Virus record (IMG/VR): IMGVR_UViG_3300045482_000112
Location: 4,328 to 68,327 of that record
Length of the DNA stretch: 64,000 nt
Origin: a virus
Strand: one strand, 5' to 3'
Below are positions 29,088 through 39,110 of this stretch, piece by piece. A program made the translations under genes and the position numbers. A model generated the notes under the pieces. The model was given only the letters and a program-made list of their open reading frames with translations, made no database searches and was not told where the DNA came from. Within the stretch, counting starts at the first letter, position 1. Each line of letters starts with the position of its first letter.

Positions 29088-30269
29088 TTAGATGTAGCGC
29101 AGGAACTTCAGGCGGTGGCTTCTAAGGGTCTTGGGGTTGTAATCGGTTAGACGGGGCAGCCCGTGGAACCCGTGGAAAATCTCGTAGAAGGGGTTGGCCC
29201 GCTGCAACTGGTTGTTGGTCAGAGCGTAGGGGCCGGTGCCCAGACGAATGGCCCCGGTCTCGGTGTTGCTGTGGGCATGGGCAGTGAAGGTGAACTTGCC
29301 CAGAGGACCGCTACCGTCCAGGATGAGGGTCATATGGCCCTGGGGAATGAAGCGGTGGAAGACCCCTGCCGCATCGAAGTACCCCTTGTCATACACCACC
29401 ACCGAGATACCGGTCATGGCCTTGAAGGCGTTGGTCACGAACTCATCGGGGAAGTAGTAGGCCGGACGGCGCTCGCGGTTGGCCTCGGTCTCGGTCAGGT
29501 TGAACTTGTACCAGGTGTCCCAGAACAGGGTGTTCTCCCGCATGGTCTTGATGAACTCAGGGCCCACCAGTACCTCGACTACCTTGTAGGGGAAGCCGCT
29601 GTCCACCAGGTCGTCCTGCAGGTCGGCGAAGAAGCGGATGGGGTCCGCAGTTGCCGGAGTCTGACCGTTGGCGTCCTTCACGTCCCAGAGGGCAGGCAGG
29701 GTAATGTTGGGGTTGTGGAGCATATAGTCCACGTTGTAGGCCACCTTCGCGGGGTTATCGGGCAGGTTGGCGGCCACCGCAATACCACCGGTGGTCAGCA
29801 ACTGAGCCACCAGCCACTCCATCCGGCGCAGACGGCGGTCGCGCATAGCCACCAGCGCCGAGGCCACCTCGGACTGGATGGTCAGAGGGCGCAGCTTGGG
29901 AGCCATGGAGGCCAGGTGCAGAATTTCAGCCTCGCCCCAGCGGGCGGCTTCCTTGAAGTGAGCCCCGGCCCAAGTGGTCTTGTGAACCGAGACGCTGGAG
30001 GCCCGGCTCACGGTGTAGGGGTCGGTGGACAGGGTGTGGAAGTAGGTCATCCCGTAGTCGAAGGGATTCTGGATGGCGTAAATCTCCAGTTCCGAGGAAA
30101 GAATGCTCTCGGTAGGAAAGTATTTACGAACCAGGCTGTAGCTGCCGACATCGGCCTGGCCTTGTTTGTCGGTGTCCAGGTCTTCCAGGATGGCTTCAAC
30201 CTGGGCCTGGGTGGGAAACCGCAGACCCTCGCGGATGGGGTTCACTTCTACAATAGCAGGGTAAGACAT
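29088..30269 (-). CDS. major capsid protein (lambda gpE-like)
   Basis: 393 aa, RRMEWLVAQLLTTG, NVDY, DPIRFF; after decoration gene. Confidence 0.85.
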   Translation of the reverse strand: MSYPAIVEVNPIREGLRFPTQAQVEAILEDLDTDKQGQADVGSYSLVRKYFPTESILSSELEIYAIQNPFDYGMTYFHTLSTDPYTVSRASSVSVHKTTWAGAHFKEAARWGEAEILHLASMAPKLRPLTIQSEVASALVAMRDRRLRRMEWLVAQLLTTGGIAVAANLPDNPAKVAYNVDYMLHNPNITLPALWDVKDANGQTPATADPIRFFADLQDDLVDSGFPYKVVEVLVGPEFIKTMRENTLFWDTWYKFNLTETEANRERRPAYYFPDEFVTNAFKAMTGISVVVYDKGYFDAAGVFHRFIPQGHMTLILDGSGPLGKFTFTAHAHSNTETGAIRLGTGPYALTNNQLQRANPFYEIFHGFHGLPRLTDYNPKTLRSHRLKFLRYI

Positions 30270-30291
30270 CAGTTACTCTCCTCTAAAAGTC

Positions 30292-30930
30292 TTAATACAC
30301 CGCACCGCGAGGGGCCACGGCCATCTTGGTGTCGATAAACACAGCGCCGAACTTCACCGAGACGCCGGGCAGACCCGCCACAAAGGCGCTGTTGCCCCCT
30401 GCAATCTGGTCCGCACGGGCACCGGGAATCTCCAGAGCCATCGAGAAGTTCTGGCTGAGGCTGCTTTCGTAGACCACACCCTGTACCGGCTGTCCCGCGC
30501 CCGCTTGGGAAAGCAGGAGTTCCGCGCCCACCGGCAAGGCCAGTGAGAAGGTGACGGTATCCTCACCGCTCACCAGTCCGGTATCCTCGTTCTTCTGGGC
30601 GAAGGTCGCGGCAGTGACAGTCACAGCCGCGGTAGTTCCCGGACCGGTGGAGACCTCCACCGCCGTACCCACCACAAAGCGGCTGACCGCCCAGTTCACC
30701 CGGTAGGTGGTGCCGGAGACCAGCGCCCCAATTTCTGCCAGTACAATGGGTATCGCCACCCCCGAAGAGTCGAGGGCTACCAGAGCCCCGCGCCGGGGGT
30801 TCCCGTAGGTGGCCACATCAAAAGTAGCGGCCACGGTCAGAGGAGGACGCAACAGGCCCTCGATGGAGTCGTGGTGGGGCTGGGACGCCTTGAGCACTTC
30901 GCGCCAGGGAGTTTGTCCGGGTTTCAACAT
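30292..30930 (-). CDS. head decoration protein
   Basis: Between protease and MCP; Ala/Gly/Val/Thr-rich. Confidence 0.65.
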   Translation of the reverse strand: MLKPGQTPWREVLKASQPHHDSIEGLLRPPLTVAATFDVATYGNPRRGALVALDSSGVAIPIVLAEIGALVSGTTYRVNWAVSRFVVGTAVEVSTGPGTTAAVTVTAATFAQKNEDTGLVSGEDTVTFSLALPVGAELLLSQAGAGQPVQGVVYESSLSQNFSMALEIPGARADQIAGGNSAFVAGLPGVSVKFGAVFIDTKMAVAPRGAVY

Positions 30931-30948
30931 GTCTGTATCTCCTGAAAA

Positions 30949-32004
30949 TTACTTGAAGTCCGCGAGTCTGGCGCGGGCCAGTTTCTTAGCTTCTTCCACA
31001 TTGAAGTCGCCCATCTCGGCGTCTTCGCCAGTGGAGTCGGTACCGGTAGCGGAAGCGGGGGTCTCCTGCGAGAAGAGAGCCACGCTGGGCAGTCCGGCAA
31101 AAACCTTATCCAGCAAGGCCACCGGGGACAGCTTGCTCTCCTTGCCTTCCTCGCTGAAGCTGACCTCCCCCTCATGCTCCGCCGCAAACAGGTACAGGGC
31201 CAGCACCGCCTCCCGCGCAGCGGGGGCAATACGGCTGTGTCCCTTATCGTCCTTGACCAGGCGCCCTACCTTGTCGCTGAACTCCAGGGCCAGGCGGGCG
31301 GTACGGGCTTCCCTCTCGGCCTGCTTGCGGGCAGCCTCCGAGGCTTCCAGGCGGGCCGTAAGCTCGGTCAGCTTGCGGTCCAGGTCCAACTGCTGTTGCT
31401 TGATGTCGTCTACATTCATCTCGGTCCCTTGGGATAAGTGGTCTTCCTCCACCGCGTCGGTAAACTGGTGAAGTTCCTGCATTACCGGGTAGTTGGTGAG
31501 CGCCAGGCCCACCAGGCGCTTCTCGTAGGGGCGTATCTCGGGAGAGAAGTCCCTCAGCCTCCCCTTCTCGATGGCCTCCAGGGTCTCGGGGGTGGCCTCA
31601 AGCTGGGCAAACAGGGCCCACTTTCCGTCCTCGTCCTTGTCCACCTTGAACTCGCCGGTCTTGGTGCGGACCCAGCCGTAGTGGTTATAGCCTCCGCGCC
31701 AGTGGTCCACGTTGAGCGGGACGTCCCGCGCCGCGTTGTCCACAAACGCCTGCAGGTCCTGCTTGGTAAAGGTAAACTTCTTGAGGGTAACCCGCCCCGA
31801 AGCATCCTCGACCGGCTTGGCGTAGGTCCCCTCCTTACACACCACCACCGGCCTCGAGACTGCGTTACCGGTAAACAGAGGCGGAGTGTCCGAGAGGGGG
31901 AACTTGATAGGCATCCGCACTTCCACCGGACGGCCATAGCTCATCTCGAACAACACGTTACCCGTGTCCTGGGTCCCCCGCTGGGGGTCTCTCATCACCT
32001 TCAT
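30949..32004 (-). CDS. prohead protease/scaffold (Mu gpI-like)
   Basis: VPLNVDH, YGWV, FSPEI, LVGLALTNYP; coiled-coil C-terminus. Confidence 0.8.
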   Translation of the reverse strand: MKVMRDPQRGTQDTGNVLFEMSYGRPVEVRMPIKFPLSDTPPLFTGNAVSRPVVVCKEGTYAKPVEDASGRVTLKKFTFTKQDLQAFVDNAARDVPLNVDHWRGGYNHYGWVRTKTGEFKVDKDEDGKWALFAQLEATPETLEAIEKGRLRDFSPEIRPYEKRLVGLALTNYPVMQELHQFTDAVEEDHLSQGTEMNVDDIKQQQLDLDRKLTELTARLEASEAARKQAEREARTARLALEFSDKVGRLVKDDKGHSRIAPAAREAVLALYLFAAEHEGEVSFSEEGKESKLSPVALLDKVFAGLPSVALFSQETPASATGTDSTGEDAEMGDFNVEEAKKLARARLADFK

Positions 32005-33419
32005 CGCACACTCCTCCTGCGGCTCCCTACAAGCTGCCGCCGCTTGTCCGCATCAAAGCCCATCCAGCGCCGAATGGCAGAAGGGGCATGTTCCACTACC
32101 GCTGCAAACGCCTTGGCGTCAAAGCTTCCGTCCTTCTGGCTGGCCGAGACCATCTGGCTATAGGCGTTGAGTACACTGGCAGGGTCGGCCCTCTCGGACT
32201 CGTCCACCTTCAGGGTAGGGAAGTTCACCGCCTCTGGCCAGTTGACCAGCACCAGCTTGGGTATCAGGTAGGTGTTGATGTACTCCAGGAACTGGATGAG
32301 AAGGCTTTGCATGTACCGCCCGGACGCTTTGGTCACCGCATCCGAGAGTTTGTAGTTACCCCCACTGTCCCCTTCGCTGGTCAGGAACCCCAGCCCCATG
32401 CTGCGGTAAATACCATCCACCACCCGGCTCAGGTAGGGCAGGGCGTCGGGCATCTGGGCATTGACTACCTCGATGCTGAACTCGTACCCGTCCGGGACCA
32501 GCATCCCGGTTCGCGGCTTGGCAGCAAAGGCCGTCAGGGTATTGCGGGCCCCCTGCCATTCCAGGGACTCCCGTACCACGCTTTTGGGCAGCTTCAGTAC
32601 CGGAATACCCAGCAAGAACCTCTCGAACCCGGCATTGATAAGCTGTAGCATGGCCCGTTTTATCTTCCAGTTGACCCAGGCTCCCTCCAGAATAGAGTTA
32701 CCCACCAGGTCCCCGTCATCGTCGTGCACAAACAGCACCGACTTGAACATCGGAAGTTTAACCTCCCGGTAGGCGGCAGCCTCGCCCTGTACCAGCCCTC
32801 GCACCACCAGGCGCTGGGGGCCACCTCGAGCGTCCCTCTCCACCTCAGCCAGGTTCACCGGATGGATGGGCACCAGCTTGTCCAGCACCGCCAGACCATC
32901 CTGGCCCAGGGTTAGCACTATCTCCATGGCACTGCGCCGGAAGATGAGGGCTTGGTAGTAGCTTTTCAACAAGCGGCCATAGGGGTATTTCCCGGCCCGC
33001 TTACCGTCTAGACCCAGCGAGTCCGCAATAAAAGCAGCAATATCCAGGTCCCTGGTATCCTCGCTGGCCGGTTCGATGTAGTAGCTGGCCGTCCTGAGAC
33101 TGGAGTAGATGAACTTCATGGCGTCCTGGATGGTGTCATCCCGGAGCATCTTGAAGTATTCCTTGTACCAGTCCTCGAGGCTGAGACCCCCCACCTCCAG
33201 CCCGTCATTCAGAACTCCCGGCAGGTCAATACGCAGGTTCCTGACCCGCGCACTCCCTACCAGCCGCTCCGCCTCTCGGGGGTCTATGGCCCCGGTAGCG
33301 GCCAGCGACACTACCTGGGTGTGTTCCCCATTGGTGATGACTCCGAAATCGGTTGCGTGTACCGGCAACTCAGGATTCGGAGCATCCCGTTGCCAGAACC
33401 TCCATTTAGGCTTAGCCAT
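32001..33419 (-). CDS. portal protein (DUF935-like)
   Basis: After TerL; GNSILE, ERFLLGIPV, INTYLIPKLVLVNW. Confidence 0.82.
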   Translation of the reverse strand: MAKPKWRFWQRDAPNPELPVHATDFGVITNGEHTQVVSLAATGAIDPREAERLVGSARVRNLRIDLPGVLNDGLEVGGLSLEDWYKEYFKMLRDDTIQDAMKFIYSSLRTASYYIEPASEDTRDLDIAAFIADSLGLDGKRAGKYPYGRLLKSYYQALIFRRSAMEIVLTLGQDGLAVLDKLVPIHPVNLAEVERDARGGPQRLVVRGLVQGEAAAYREVKLPMFKSVLFVHDDDGDLVGNSILEGAWVNWKIKRAMLQLINAGFERFLLGIPVLKLPKSVVRESLEWQGARNTLTAFAAKPRTGMLVPDGYEFSIEVVNAQMPDALPYLSRVVDGIYRSMGLGFLTSEGDSGGNYKLSDAVTKASGRYMQSLLIQFLEYINTYLIPKLVLVNWPEAVNFPTLKVDESERADPASVLNAYSQMVSASQKDGSFDAKAFAAVVEHAPSAIRRWMGFDADKRRQLVGSRRRSVR

Positions 33420-33426
33420 CGGTCTC

Positions 33427-34842
33427 CTAGGTAAAAAGCTGCTCCAGGTCATCCACTGCATCCAGAGCGTTATCCTGCATATGTACCAGCCAGCCCAGGT
33501 CCTGGCCCCCTGTCTCCACGGAACCAGACCCGTGCTCGGCCACCTGCCACCAGGCCAGGGCCAGGGAGACCACCCGGTCATCCTTGCCCCTGCCCGCAGC
33601 CTTCATCTGCAGGCGCCCTCCGGGGGTGCGCTCGTACACAAAGTCCCGAAACTCGTCCAGATACTCCTTGTCATCCGGTAGAATGATGCGCTTATGTTCT
33701 ATGGCCAGGGCCAGCTTGTTGATGTACTCCTCTTTAATGTTGGTGGTCTTGAAGGCCACCCCCTCAAAGGGTATCTGCATGGAAGCCATCTGTCCGGCCA
33801 GCACATCCCCGCTACCCTGTACATCGGCTACCACAAAGGCCCGGTACTTCTGCTGCATGTTCTTCAGTCTCTCGAGCTGTCGTTCCCAGGAAACCGTGTT
33901 CACTCGCAGGACCTCCACTACCTTACGGCGGTCCATGTCCACTGCTGTAAACACCGAGAAGTCATCCAGTCGCCCAAAGTCGGCCCCTATCACATAGCGA
34001 GTCATGGAGCGTACCGGCTCCGTGATGATGGAATGTCCCTCATGCTGCACCGGGGCCTTGGGTACCTCCACCAGCCCCTGGAAGACCGAACCCGAGTCGG
34101 GGATGAACTCGGCCCCGTACTCCTGCCGGTAGGTCCTGTCTGGCTGTACCCGCTTCTGTTCCTCGAAGAACTCTCTGGGTACTGTCGGGTTGGCCTCCCA
34201 GGTGGGAAGCTGCCAGGCCGCGTACTTGGTGTAGTTGGGGTACCTGGGATGTTCCGCCATCTCCAGGGCTTCCCGGAACATGGCGTGTACCCAGTTGAAT
34301 CCCTTGGGCGTGGTAATAATAAGTACCCACCCATTTGTCGTGGTTAGTGTAGGCAGCAAAGCCTCGTACCAGACCTTCTCGTCCACCATGGCCGCCTCGT
34401 CCATGATGATGAAGTCCAGACTGGCCCCTCTCAGGTTGTCGGGGGAGTCCCCGCTCTTCCCCTGAAAACGGGAAACCCCCAGAAACTTCCCCTGAGCATC
34501 ATAATGCTCTATACTCATCCGCAGGTTGCGGTACGAGACCTTCAACTTGCGGGTACCTGGCAGTACGACATCTGCCCTGCGGACATACTCCACTACCCTC
34601 TCGAAGATGATGGTGGCCTGTTCGTAAGTGGGGGCCACCACCCAGCCCGTACGTCCCGACCGCATCAGAATTTCAAAGGCCGCCTCCACACTGGCAACCT
34701 CGCTCTTCCCGCTCTGACGGCCTATAATAGCCACCCGGTACAGGCTCCAGGAGTTATGAATGGCTTCCTGGTAGGGGTAGGGCTGGTAGTTGATTAGCTT
34801 GAAGAAAGCTGCGCTGGGAGCAGCCTCGCGTATGTACCTCAC
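33427..34842 (-). CDS. terL: terminase large subunit
   Basis: PYPYQ, GRQSGKS, FIIMDEAA, TTPKGFN, GADFG, DDRVVSLALA. Confidence 0.95.
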   Translation of the reverse strand: MRYIREAAPSAAFFKLINYQPYPYQEAIHNSWSLYRVAIIGRQSGKSEVASVEAAFEILMRSGRTGWVVAPTYEQATIIFERVVEYVRRADVVLPGTRKLKVSYRNLRMSIEHYDAQGKFLGVSRFQGKSGDSPDNLRGASLDFIIMDEAAMVDEKVWYEALLPTLTTTNGWVLIITTPKGFNWVHAMFREALEMAEHPRYPNYTKYAAWQLPTWEANPTVPREFFEEQKRVQPDRTYRQEYGAEFIPDSGSVFQGLVEVPKAPVQHEGHSIITEPVRSMTRYVIGADFGRLDDFSVFTAVDMDRRKVVEVLRVNTVSWERQLERLKNMQQKYRAFVVADVQGSGDVLAGQMASMQIPFEGVAFKTTNIKEEYINKLALAIEHKRIILPDDKEYLDEFRDFVYERTPGGRLQMKAAGRGKDDRVVSLALAWWQVAEHGSGSVETGGQDLGWLVHMQDNALDAVDDLEQLFT

Positions 34843-34862
34843 CCAGCCCCCTTAAATAAGAA

Positions 34863-34906
34863 GACCCCCTTCTTGGAGGGGGTCATTTACGCTACATTAT
34901 ACACCA
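34863..34906 (-). promoter_or_regulatory. -10 box followed by hairpin upstream of terL
   Basis: TGGTGTATAAT then GACCCCCT-CCAAGA-AGGGGGTC-TTCTTATTT on - strand. Confidence 0.5.
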
Positions 34907-34914
34907 TGCTTTTT

Positions 34915-35472
34915 TTACAAAATCTCGTACTCAACATCCTCTACATCCGGCTTGCGAACCAGGTCGTCCTCGGTCTGGGCTGCCGTCAGTCGAGGGGTAG
35001 TACTCCCCGAGGTCTGGCCCTCCGACAGCTTGGTCAGTACCGCTGCCCGGTTCTGGGCCAGCCTCTCCACCCCCTGCAGCATCCCCATCAGGTCCTTGGC
35101 AGTAACCTGCATCACTTTGCTGCCGTCCGCACGGCGTACCTGACCCTTCCGTAAGTGCAAGAAGTCGTTGCGTGCCTCCACAAAGAGGTCCATCAACTCC
35201 TGCTGGGCTACCGCATTGAGGGCCAGGTACTCGCGCACCTCGCCCTCGGCCAGTTCCCGGTAGGAAGCCCCCTCCATCCGGGACTTCATCTCCTTCAGGG
35301 CCCGCTGCACTGCTGTCCGGTTGGTGGAAAACCCCACATTCTGCAAAGTGTCCGCAATCATGTCAATGCTGTAGCCCCAGACATGGTAATTCCAGATGTG
35401 ACGGTACAACTCCACATCCTCGGGAGTGGGGGCACATTGCTCCGCCAGACTGCGAAAGCTAATTTCGGGCAT
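34915..35472 (-). CDS. terminase small subunit (putative)
   Basis: N-terminal HTH plus helical region directly upstream of terL. Confidence 0.6.
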   Translation of the reverse strand: MPEISFRSLAEQCAPTPEDVELYRHIWNYHVWGYSIDMIADTLQNVGFSTNRTAVQRALKEMKSRMEGASYRELAEGEVREYLALNAVAQQELMDLFVEARNDFLHLRKGQVRRADGSKVMQVTAKDLMGMLQGVERLAQNRAAVLTKLSEGQTSGSTTPRLTAAQTEDDLVRKPDVEDVEYEIL

Positions 35473-36184
35473 AGGCCCTCAGAGCCTCAAGCACCCCCAC
35501 ACTGCGCCGGAAGCCCTTCGTGGTGGGAGCCGAGTCCTTGTCCTGGATGACCTTGGCCACCAGGGTTTCAAACTCGTCTACCTCCATCTCCGACTCGAAG
35601 GGCAGTACCACATTCAGAATATTCCGCTCCTTGTTCCCCAGCGGACGGCTACCGGGAGGTACCGCCCTGCCTTTAGCCTGCCTGGCCGCCATCAAGGCCT
35701 CGGTCAGCATCTCCTTGCGCTGTCCGGTAGCGCTGGCCACTTCCTCCAGGGTCCTGCCCCTGGACGTCAGCCACTCCACGATGACCCCGGTCTTTCTGGC
35801 ATCCTCGAGACTTCCTCTGCCCTTATGGTTCAGGGCCTGACCCAACTCGGCCAACTCCGCCTCGGTAAACTCCGACAGTTTGCCCATCACCAGCAACGGG
35901 ATAGTAGGGTCATTCACCAACCCATCCAGGAAGGCCAGCTTGCGGGCAGTGAATTTCTGCTCCCCGTCCACAACCAGGTACCTGCGGCTTCCAGGCTCCA
36001 CGGTAGTGCCCTCATAGTGTACCGGACGGTCAAACTCCACCACCAGCGGGCAGTCCTTCATGTCCCACTTGGCGATAGACGCCTTGAGGTCGTCCATCTC
36101 ATTCTCGGTCGTACCGTGGGGGTTCCAGGGGTTGGGGCTAACCTCATTCATCGGGGCGTATACCAGTTCCATTTTCTTACTCAT
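35459..36184 (-). CDS. ParB/Srx N-terminal domain protein with HTH
   Basis: PNPWNP, LKASI, YLVVDGEQK. Confidence 0.8.
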   Translation of the reverse strand: MSKKMELVYAPMNEVSPNPWNPHGTTENEMDDLKASIAKWDMKDCPLVVEFDRPVHYEGTTVEPGSRRYLVVDGEQKFTARKLAFLDGLVNDPTIPLLVMGKLSEFTEAELAELGQALNHKGRGSLEDARKTGVIVEWLTSRGRTLEEVASATGQRKEMLTEALMAARQAKGRAVPPGSRPLGNKERNILNVVLPFESEMEVDEFETLVAKVIQDKDSAPTTKGFRRSVGVLEALRAYARN

Positions 36185-36809
36185 CGCTAGACTCCATCGC
36201 TAAAAGTTCCTCGTAAGTGAGGTCCTCTCGAAAAACCTCGTTGTAGTAGTAGGGGTAGTGTCCCCCGCCAAACACCTGCCTGGCCGTTACCGAAAGCGCG
36301 TCCTTGCCGTCCAGGTGGATGAGGGAGTCCGCCCGGTCAAAGCTCCACTCCACCACGGGGGAGTCCCCGGCGATACCCACCAGGATGACCCTGTCCACCA
36401 GCAGGCTCAACTGCCTGGAATGGATGCGAAACCTCCAGCGAGGGGCGGGTATGCGGGCATCCCGGTTCAACCGGCTACCCTTCACCTCCACCCGCTCCCC
36501 ACCAATGAAGCAGTCCACTGTCCCATTAGCCCCAGGCATCAGCTCCACCTCCGGGTAGCGGGCCTGAACGTATTCCAGGGCCATGACCCCCGTCTCCCGA
36601 TGGGTCAACGGTAGCCCCCCCAGAGCCAGCATGAACTTGCTCCACCCACCCCACTCCAGCTCAACTATTCTGGCCGAAGGGTACGCCACCCCATGCTGGG
36701 TCTCCCAGTAGGTGCGGTTCTCCCCTCTCCAGTCCAGTCTTACCGGTAGCTTCCCGGTACGCGCTCTAAAGTCTTCGGCCAGACGCATATGCCTTGCGCG
36801 TCTGTCCAT
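36177..36809 (-). CDS. PD-(D/E)xK nuclease-like protein
   Basis: VDCFIGGERVEVKGS; N-terminal YPSARIV..WGGWSKF resembles homing-endonuclease-associated repeat. Confidence 0.6.
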   Translation of the reverse strand: MDRRARHMRLAEDFRARTGKLPVRLDWRGENRTYWETQHGVAYPSARIVELEWGGWSKFMLALGGLPLTHRETGVMALEYVQARYPEVELMPGANGTVDCFIGGERVEVKGSRLNRDARIPAPRWRFRIHSRQLSLLVDRVILVGIAGDSPVVEWSFDRADSLIHLDGKDALSVTARQVFGGGHYPYYYNEVFREDLTYEELLAMESSDE

Positions 36810-36817
36810 GCCCTCTC

Positions 36818-36826
36818 ATTATACCA
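36818..36826 (-). promoter_or_regulatory. extended -10 promoter, near-leaderless
   Basis: TGGTATAAT 8 nt upstream of ATG 36809. Confidence 0.65.
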
Positions 36827-36835
36827 TTCCTCCTT

Positions 36836-37453
36836 TTACACAAAGGTAAACGTCTCATCCAGGTAACGAGCGTACACCGCCTGTCTTAAAATATCCCCCA
36901 CATCCTGCCCCACCCCGGTCAGGTACCCATACAGCGGATAGGGGTAGACCACCTCTTCATCCGCCCAAAACAACCTCACCGCCAGGGTGTACACCTCCAC
37001 CACCTCATACTTCACACTCTCCTCCGGCACTCCCCTCTTCCAGAAGACCTGCTTGTCCCGGTACCGGTTCTGCTGTAGATGGCTCCAGGGCTGGATGGGC
37101 CGGGTAGGACAGTCAATAAGAACCCCGTAGTCCACCGGCACCCCCTGGACCTCCAGCTCATGCCTCATCGCGGAGACATGCTGCAGTCCCAGTATTGGCA
37201 GTACCCGCCGCTGTACCAGGTCGAACAACGACACATTGCAGAACGTCACCAGCGAGGCCGCCTCCTTTTCCGCCAGGTAACCCCTCTGCCGGTAACTCCT
37301 GAGAATAGTAGCCCTGGCTCCCTCCGCCTCTTCTCCTGACCCATCCACAAACTGCATGGTAGGGAGTACCCGCAAACTTACTCCCTCCTCCACCTGAAAA
37401 GAATGCACCACCTGCAGGTGTTCCAGCCGGTAGGTAGTCTGCCAATTCTGCAT
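36836..37453 (-). CDS. hypothetical protein, leaderless
   Basis: TAGAAT 7 nt upstream of ATG; first gene of leftward block. Confidence 0.7.
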   Translation of the reverse strand: MQNWQTTYRLEHLQVVHSFQVEEGVSLRVLPTMQFVDGSGEEAEGARATILRSYRQRGYLAEKEAASLVTFCNVSLFDLVQRRVLPILGLQHVSAMRHELEVQGVPVDYGVLIDCPTRPIQPWSHLQQNRYRDKQVFWKRGVPEESVKYEVVEVYTLAVRLFWADEEVVYPYPLYGYLTGVGQDVGDILRQAVYARYLDETFTFV

Positions 37454-37860
37454 ACCTTCAATTCTACTTCACCCTCTCATAGAAGTCGAACTTGTTATTT
37501 CTAAAGAAATTCCCCCCGTTTTTGAAGGTTGGGTTGGGAAATGGGACTTTAGTGCTGCGTGACGGCATAACGCCTACACTCCATAAACACGATAAAAAAG
37601 GCCCTCCCCGCACCTTGCTGCGCTACAGGCTTTGGTGTTGGTTTTTGCTGCTGCAAGACATACTTATATCAGGAAAGGAGATGACTCCGACCCCAAACCC
37701 AAGGCTAGGGCCGAACCCCTAGCCGCTGACAAAAAATCAAAGTGTGGGACTCTACAGAATCCTGCATAAATCCAGCAAGACAATGCTGGTTGGCGGTCTG
37801 CGGGAGCAGTAGCCAGGGCCACCCTACGCGCCCATAGAAGCGTAGGGAAAAGGAAAGAGT

Positions 37861-38187
37861 ATGAAAAACCCTGCAACAAGAGCAGAAGAGCTCGAAGTGC
37901 TGAACAGCTTCGGCTACCGGGTGATTCTGCCCGTAGCCGTCCAGGAGGGCGAATACGCCCTCCTGGAGTTCAAGTCCATGCCGCCCTTGATGGGCGACAT
38001 GGACGTAGTCACGACGGAGGCGCGGTACATACTTGCCTGGAAATACATCCAGGTGGGTTTTGTCCGGGTGATTACCCGGACAAAAGACGAGCGTACGCTC
38101 GGAGTCCACGTCAGGGTATCTCTCGATACCCCAAAGGAGTTCTCGGTAGTGGGGGAGCGGCTCGCCCGCTCCCTGCACAAAAGTTAA
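37861..38187 (+). CDS. hypothetical protein
   Basis: AAGGAAAGAG RBS; 108 aa. Confidence 0.7.
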   Translation: MKNPATRAEELEVLNSFGYRVILPVAVQEGEYALLEFKSMPPLMGDMDVVTTEARYILAWKYIQVGFVRVITRTKDERTLGVHVRVSLDTPKEFSVVGERLARSLHKS

Positions 38188-38229
38188 CCCCCCCCCCCCC
38201 TGCCCGGAGGGTATCCGGGCAAGGAAACC

Positions 38230-38349
38230 ATGCCCAAAAAGAAGTACTACTGGGTCGTGTCCGCGCGGTTTACCGCGCGGTACGACACATATAACCAGGC
38301 CTTAGCAGCATGGGCCAGCCTCAGGCTGGCCCATATAGAGTACCGATAG
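38230..38349 (+). CDS. 39-aa hypothetical protein
   Basis: AAGGA RBS; MPKKKYYWVVSARF...; followed by terminator. Confidence 0.55.
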   Translation: MPKKKYYWVVSARFTARYDTYNQALAAWASLRLAHIEYR

Positions 38350-38353
38350 TTAT

Positions 38354-38381
38354 GCCCCCAGCCGTAAGGCTGGGGGCTTTT
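38354..38381 (+). terminator. intrinsic terminator
   Basis: GCCCCCAGCC-GTAA-GGCTGGGGGC-TTTT. Confidence 0.85.
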
Positions 38382-38399
38382 CCTTTGGGCCAGGGCAGG

Positions 38400-39000
38400 A
38401 GACCCACTCCCACCGCCCACCCCCCAGTTCAGCGAGGCTTACGCCTCGCCTCACTTCCACCCACCGACAGCAAAGCCCCCCGGCATGGCCGAGGCTCTCT
38501 ACGCTCGCCAGGAAAGACAAAGGCAACACTACGTGTCCCACCGCCCACCCCCCACTCCCACCCCTAGAGAACCTCACTCACCCGCCAACGACCCTCGGGC
38601 CAACAACACCCCAAGGACCCACCGCCCGCTCGGCTACGCCGCAGCCTCAAGGGCAGCGCGACTAGAGTCCCACCTCCCGCTCGGTCCCAAAGGGGCCTCA
38701 AGGGCAGCGCGACTAGAGTCCCGCCGCCCACCCCCGGCCCTGGCCTCGCACGCTCGGCCAGGCTTGCCCACCCTTACGACCCCCCACACCACAACCTGGC
38801 CGCCCAAAGAAAAGCTAGGCTGCGGCCACAGGCCGCACTCGACTGTCCTCACCCCCACCCCCACGCCTCGCACCCTACGCTGAGGGACAAAGACCAGTGG
38901 AAAGTTCTACCCGACCAAGGCCCCACCGCCCGTTCAGTTACTACGTAGCCTCAAGGGGGGCAGAACACGTAGTGTCCCACCGCCCACCCCCGCCTCCCAC
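38400..39000. repeat. C-rich non-coding repeat tract
   Basis: CCCACCGCCC(ACCCC) repeated about six times; exact 28-bp repeat at 38644 and 38695. Confidence 0.75.
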
Positions 39001-39110
39001 ACTACCCAGGAAAGAAAGGTAACAAGAGAGTATGGACAGGGTTGCCTGGGTGGGGAAAGAGGGGTAAAAAGGCAAAAAGGGAGAAAAAGTAGAGGACATA
39101 CAACTCATGA

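Noticed and set aside
38188-38200. Poly-C run as a phase-variation switch
   Set aside because: Intergenic after a stop codon, no promoter context, and homopolymer length may be a sequencing artefact
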